DNA of 63,086 nucleotides, filler included, from Nemertoderma westbladi (lineage: Eukaryota > Animalia > Xenacoelomorpha), in the NCBI GenBank assembly GCA_032718475.1. It is 3 parts of 3 records of this genome, joined end to end, with 100 filler letters (N's around TTAATTAATTAA, not from the genome) between each part and the next. Parts side by side here need not be neighbours in the genome. Positions count along the whole stretch, not along the records: positions 49,034 to 63,086 come from JAUCBJ010004558.1; 2 more parts are not named here. One strand, 5' to 3'. The translations under genes and the position numbers were made by a program. Shown piece by piece: positions 59,888 to 63,086 of this stretch. Positions within the stretch are counted from its first letter, which is position 1. The number at the start of each line of letters is the position of its first letter. Below the pieces are notes generated by a model that searched no databases, was not told the origin of the DNA, and worked only from the letters and a program-made list of their open reading frames with translations.

Positions 59888-61825
59888 ATGGCTCTATCGT
59901 CATCAAATATGATTAATAATGGAAACCAAATTGATTGTCGAGTAACTAATCTTATTAACACAATATTCTTCGGCGCGTTATACGTCGGCGACATCCAAAC
60001 TGTCGAGACGTTTTTAACAAACAGCCGCGGAACCGAACTGGTTAACACCACGTACAACGGGCTGCGGCCCCTCCATCTAGCGGCGGGTACCGGCCAAAGC
60101 CACGGCTGGGCGTTGCTGCATGCGTTGCTACGCAACCGCGCAGACCCGGACGGCCGTTGTGGGGACGACGCGTTGACCCCGTTACACGTCGCCGTACTAA
60201 ACGACCGACCGGAGCGCGTTGCCACGTTACTCGCGTTCGGGGCCAACCCCTGTGAGTGCGACAGTCGCGGGTTCAACCCCGAGGAGTACTCCGTACTCCT
60301 CGGTCACCATGGTTGCGAGCGGTTGCTAAGAGACTCGCTCTATGCCCCGAGGTTTACCAATAATTCCTCCGCGGTTTGCAATCCCAACTCCTCCGGGTCT
60401 TTAATCCCTCGAAATAAACAACAGAATCGCGAATATTCTATTAATGGCGTCATAAATTCCGCAGACTGTAGAGTCGGTACTGCCTTAGAAACCAAACAAT
60501 TATTATCTATTGAGTATTATTTGAGGTCTTTCGTTGCTTTCTCACCCGTATGCATTGCTCGCCATAGGTATACGATGCCCAGTATTGGATGTTCCGATAT
60601 TTTACTCAGTTCTACACAACATACCATTGCTATTGCTAACCCCAACACAACATGTGATGTTACTGAGAAGGATATTGTTAGTTATGTAAATCCACCTAAA
60701 ACAGAAGATTTTACCGGTAGTTGTCCTCCCAACGGTTGTCGAAATGGTTCCGGTGATGCTAAACCCACGAAAATTCGTCAAATAGAAACTGGAAGTCAAT
60801 ATACAGTGCCTCCAATTGAAACTGAAACTAAATCAATTGATCCGATAGAAATAATCCACAGAGACCCAATCAACGGAGATGTTTACTACGAGAGGAAGTT
60901 CAGTTTATCTTCTTTGGAGTTGAATTTCGTTACTCCTCCATCGAGCCTCCCACCGAGCCTCACATCGAGCCCGGCCTCGAGCCTCCCTAGCTCGAGCGAC
61001 TCCTACGCGAGCTGTCTGTCTGACTGGAAGGATTACCAGTCCGATACAGAAGATATCAAGATAAATTGCCGCCTCGACAAGTTGAGTAACAAAGTCCTCC
61101 GCGTGGAACTAACCACCAGGTTCCCCGCGTTCGTACCGGGGCCGATAACGGCAGCGACGCGGCCGCTTTATCTGCGGAAACTACGGGCTGCGTTAGCCGA
61201 GGACAAACGGAAACCGATAGGGGAAACCAACGGGGGGAGTAAAGAGTTCCCGAGGGAAGTATCGTTGATACTGCGGGAAGGCGGGCCTGTTCCGGATATG
61301 GGAGACGTAGAGGACAGACTTATAGAGGAGTTTGGGAGGAGCAGACAGGAGGGTTTGGTCTACTATACGTACCTGTTACTGGATCCGAGGGTTACTAGAG
61401 GGCTACACCGTCGGAGGAAGGGGTTGACAGATTCCGAGGGGTTCAGCTGCTTCCTTAGAGGAATCTTCTACGTAGGTAAGGGTACCAAACTGCGACCTTT
61501 CAGTCACTTCCACTCCGCTACTAACGGCTCCTTGGCGGCGCGGTGTCCCAAAGCGCAGCATATCCGGGACATTTGGGACACCGGCTCGGGCGTCGTGGTT
61601 CTCCAGTGCTTCCAGGGACTCGGCTCGCAAGAGGCGCATGCTAGAGAGGCGTTAATGATCGACGCGTTGGGGTTGAAGCGACTGACCAATAGGAAGCTCG
61701 GTACGTACTACGGGGTCGCAAGTGGGTGGACGTTACTACAGAAACGGCGAATGGGTTTATATTTAATAAGTTTAGCCTGGGAGATTTACAAGGGGGAGGG
61801 AGAGAGACAAATCAGGCCGCCTTAA
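59888..61825 (+). CDS. ANKLE1: Ankyrin repeat and LEM domain-containing GIY-YIG endonuclease (ANKLE1/LEM-3), single ORF, 645 aa from the first ATG
   Basis: Ankyrin repeats (GLRPLHLAAG, LTPLHVAV...LLAFGANP), LEM motif (LSNKVLRVEL...PGPITAATRPLYLRKL), and GIY-YIG region (YTYLLLDPR, IFYVGKG...RPFSH, EAHAREALMIDALG...LTN...G.YYG). The ORF track starts at a GTG at 59873. Confidence 0.95.
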   Translation: MALSSSNMINNGNQIDCRVTNLINTIFFGALYVGDIQTVETFLTNSRGTELVNTTYNGLRPLHLAAGTGQSHGWALLHALLRNRADPDGRCGDDALTPLHVAVLNDRPERVATLLAFGANPCECDSRGFNPEEYSVLLGHHGCERLLRDSLYAPRFTNNSSAVCNPNSSGSLIPRNKQQNREYSINGVINSADCRVGTALETKQLLSIEYYLRSFVAFSPVCIARHRYTMPSIGCSDILLSSTQHTIAIANPNTTCDVTEKDIVSYVNPPKTEDFTGSCPPNGCRNGSGDAKPTKIRQIETGSQYTVPPIETETKSIDPIEIIHRDPINGDVYYERKFSLSSLELNFVTPPSSLPPSLTSSPASSLPSSSDSYASCLSDWKDYQSDTEDIKINCRLDKLSNKVLRVELTTRFPAFVPGPITAATRPLYLRKLRAALAEDKRKPIGETNGGSKEFPREVSLILREGGPVPDMGDVEDRLIEEFGRSRQEGLVYYTYLLLDPRVTRGLHRRRKGLTDSEGFSCFLRGIFYVGKGTKLRPFSHFHSATNGSLAARCPKAQHIRDIWDTGSGVVVLQCFQGLGSQEAHAREALMIDALGLKRLTNRKLGTYYGVASGWTLLQKRRMGLYLISLAWEIYKGEGERQIRPP

Positions 61826-63086
61826 CTATTAAAGTTTTTATTTAATTTGTTAAATAGGAAGCCAATATTTTATATTGTTTATAATATTTTTATTCAGAAA
61901 CAATTCTTAGTTAGTTTAATTAATTTTATACCAAATTTTATCAATTGTTCGTTTTATTTGTCAACAACATTATTGGTTTTTCAATGGTGGAACTAAATTT
62001 TCATGACGATGGGGGTTCAACAATGATCACTTACTTCTCTTATACTTTAATAACAACATTATTTCCTGTAACTACTTTTACTTTATATCATAACCTATAT
62101 TTTCATAGAAATCGTCTACTAAATGTATATTATATTAATTGGTTTTCACTTTAATCAGTACCGGTAGTTCCCTTCCCGCATATTTTATTGACCCTGCGGC
62201 ATTTATTGATTTTCAGTCCAGCCGCGGATAATTGTCGTCCTTAATGTCATGTTCAGCAATAAATTCTTTAGTTCTGCGATATCTGGTAATTTTCATTCGT
62301 TCGAATCTCCACCGCATCCCAAATGTAAAAATGTGATTCGCAATTTTATAAAAAGTGCAATAAATATTACTATTTTGTGTCTCATATTTACTTTCAGTAT
62401 TTGCAGTATTTTATTTAATCGAATGAATGTTTTATGTATTTAATAGTTCTACTAGATGTTTATTAATTATAATTTCCGTTTAAAGTTCACATAAAATTCT
62501 TTAAAGTTCTTTAAATACAATTAAATTCATGCTTTACCTCTCTTCGTGGTTTTGTAGTCGTAAAGTAAAGTTTTATTTTAACAACTTTATTTGTAATGCC
62601 CTCACTCAGGGGGGGGGGGGGGGGGGGGGGGTAGTCACCCCAAATGGACCTTCACATTTTATGGTTCAAAATATGAGTGAAATTAATTGTTATTGCAACT
62701 AAACGTCGTCGAGAGAGTTCAGGAATGGACCAACCAAAGTTTTTTGTTTTTCATAATTGTCTCAAAATGGCACGTCAGGCCCAGAAAGGCCTGTATTGCC
62801 TGTGTATGTTAAAATATTTCTCGAACAATTTTGTTTAAAATGAGAATGTCTTTGTCAAAAATGAAAGAAATGTTTTTAGGTCCTTTAAAGTATAACTAAC
62901 ACGTTTTTAGAAATGTTATATTATATATTTTACCAAGGGGGGCCTTTCATGTTAAAATCGCCCAAACAATTGAATAATATTGTGCTGCGCGAAGACTTTG
63001 TCAAAATATCAGACTACCCTTAGGTTTTAGCCAATAACTCGAGTTTGATAAAAGATATGAAAAAATCTATACTTACAGATTTAAAA

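Overview
AT-rich eukaryotic (most likely animal) genomic DNA, dominated by nested transposable elements and satellites, in three segments joined by two artificial 100-nt spacers (N44-TTAATTAATTAA-N44). Only two host genes are supported, both single uninterrupted ORFs: a divergent PP2A B56/B' regulatory subunit (16757-18325, -) and an ANKLE1/LEM-3-type ankyrin-LEM-GIY-YIG nuclease (59888-61825, +). Two back-to-back copies of one BEL/Pao LTR retrotransposon family (1-14108, -; 22085-30655, +) have about 3.5 kb between LTR start and gag ATG and a very long Gag N-terminus. Also present: two CR1-clade LINEs, an RTE fragment, a tRNA-derived SINE, Gypsy and Pao pol remnants, and many non-autonomous DNA elements (piggyBac-type TTAA, CCC/TA EnSpm-like, CATGG-ended 8-bp-TSD, and a poly-G MITE family with 8-bp TSD). 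I see no new protein-coding system. The best leads are non-coding: (i) an RNA stem with compensatory changes next to a perfectly conserved, non-tRNA-looking primer-site candidate in the BEL element; (ii) concerted evolution of a 288-bp leader duplication; (iii) a TA-CAG-TA excision footprint that explains a LINE frameshift; (iv) a 35-bp palindromic micro-transposon with an 8-bp TSD; (v) several satellites arising inside or from mobile elements, including a 146-bp array with one CTCF-like motif per unit. All alignments were done by eye, and boundaries without a TSD are approximate.
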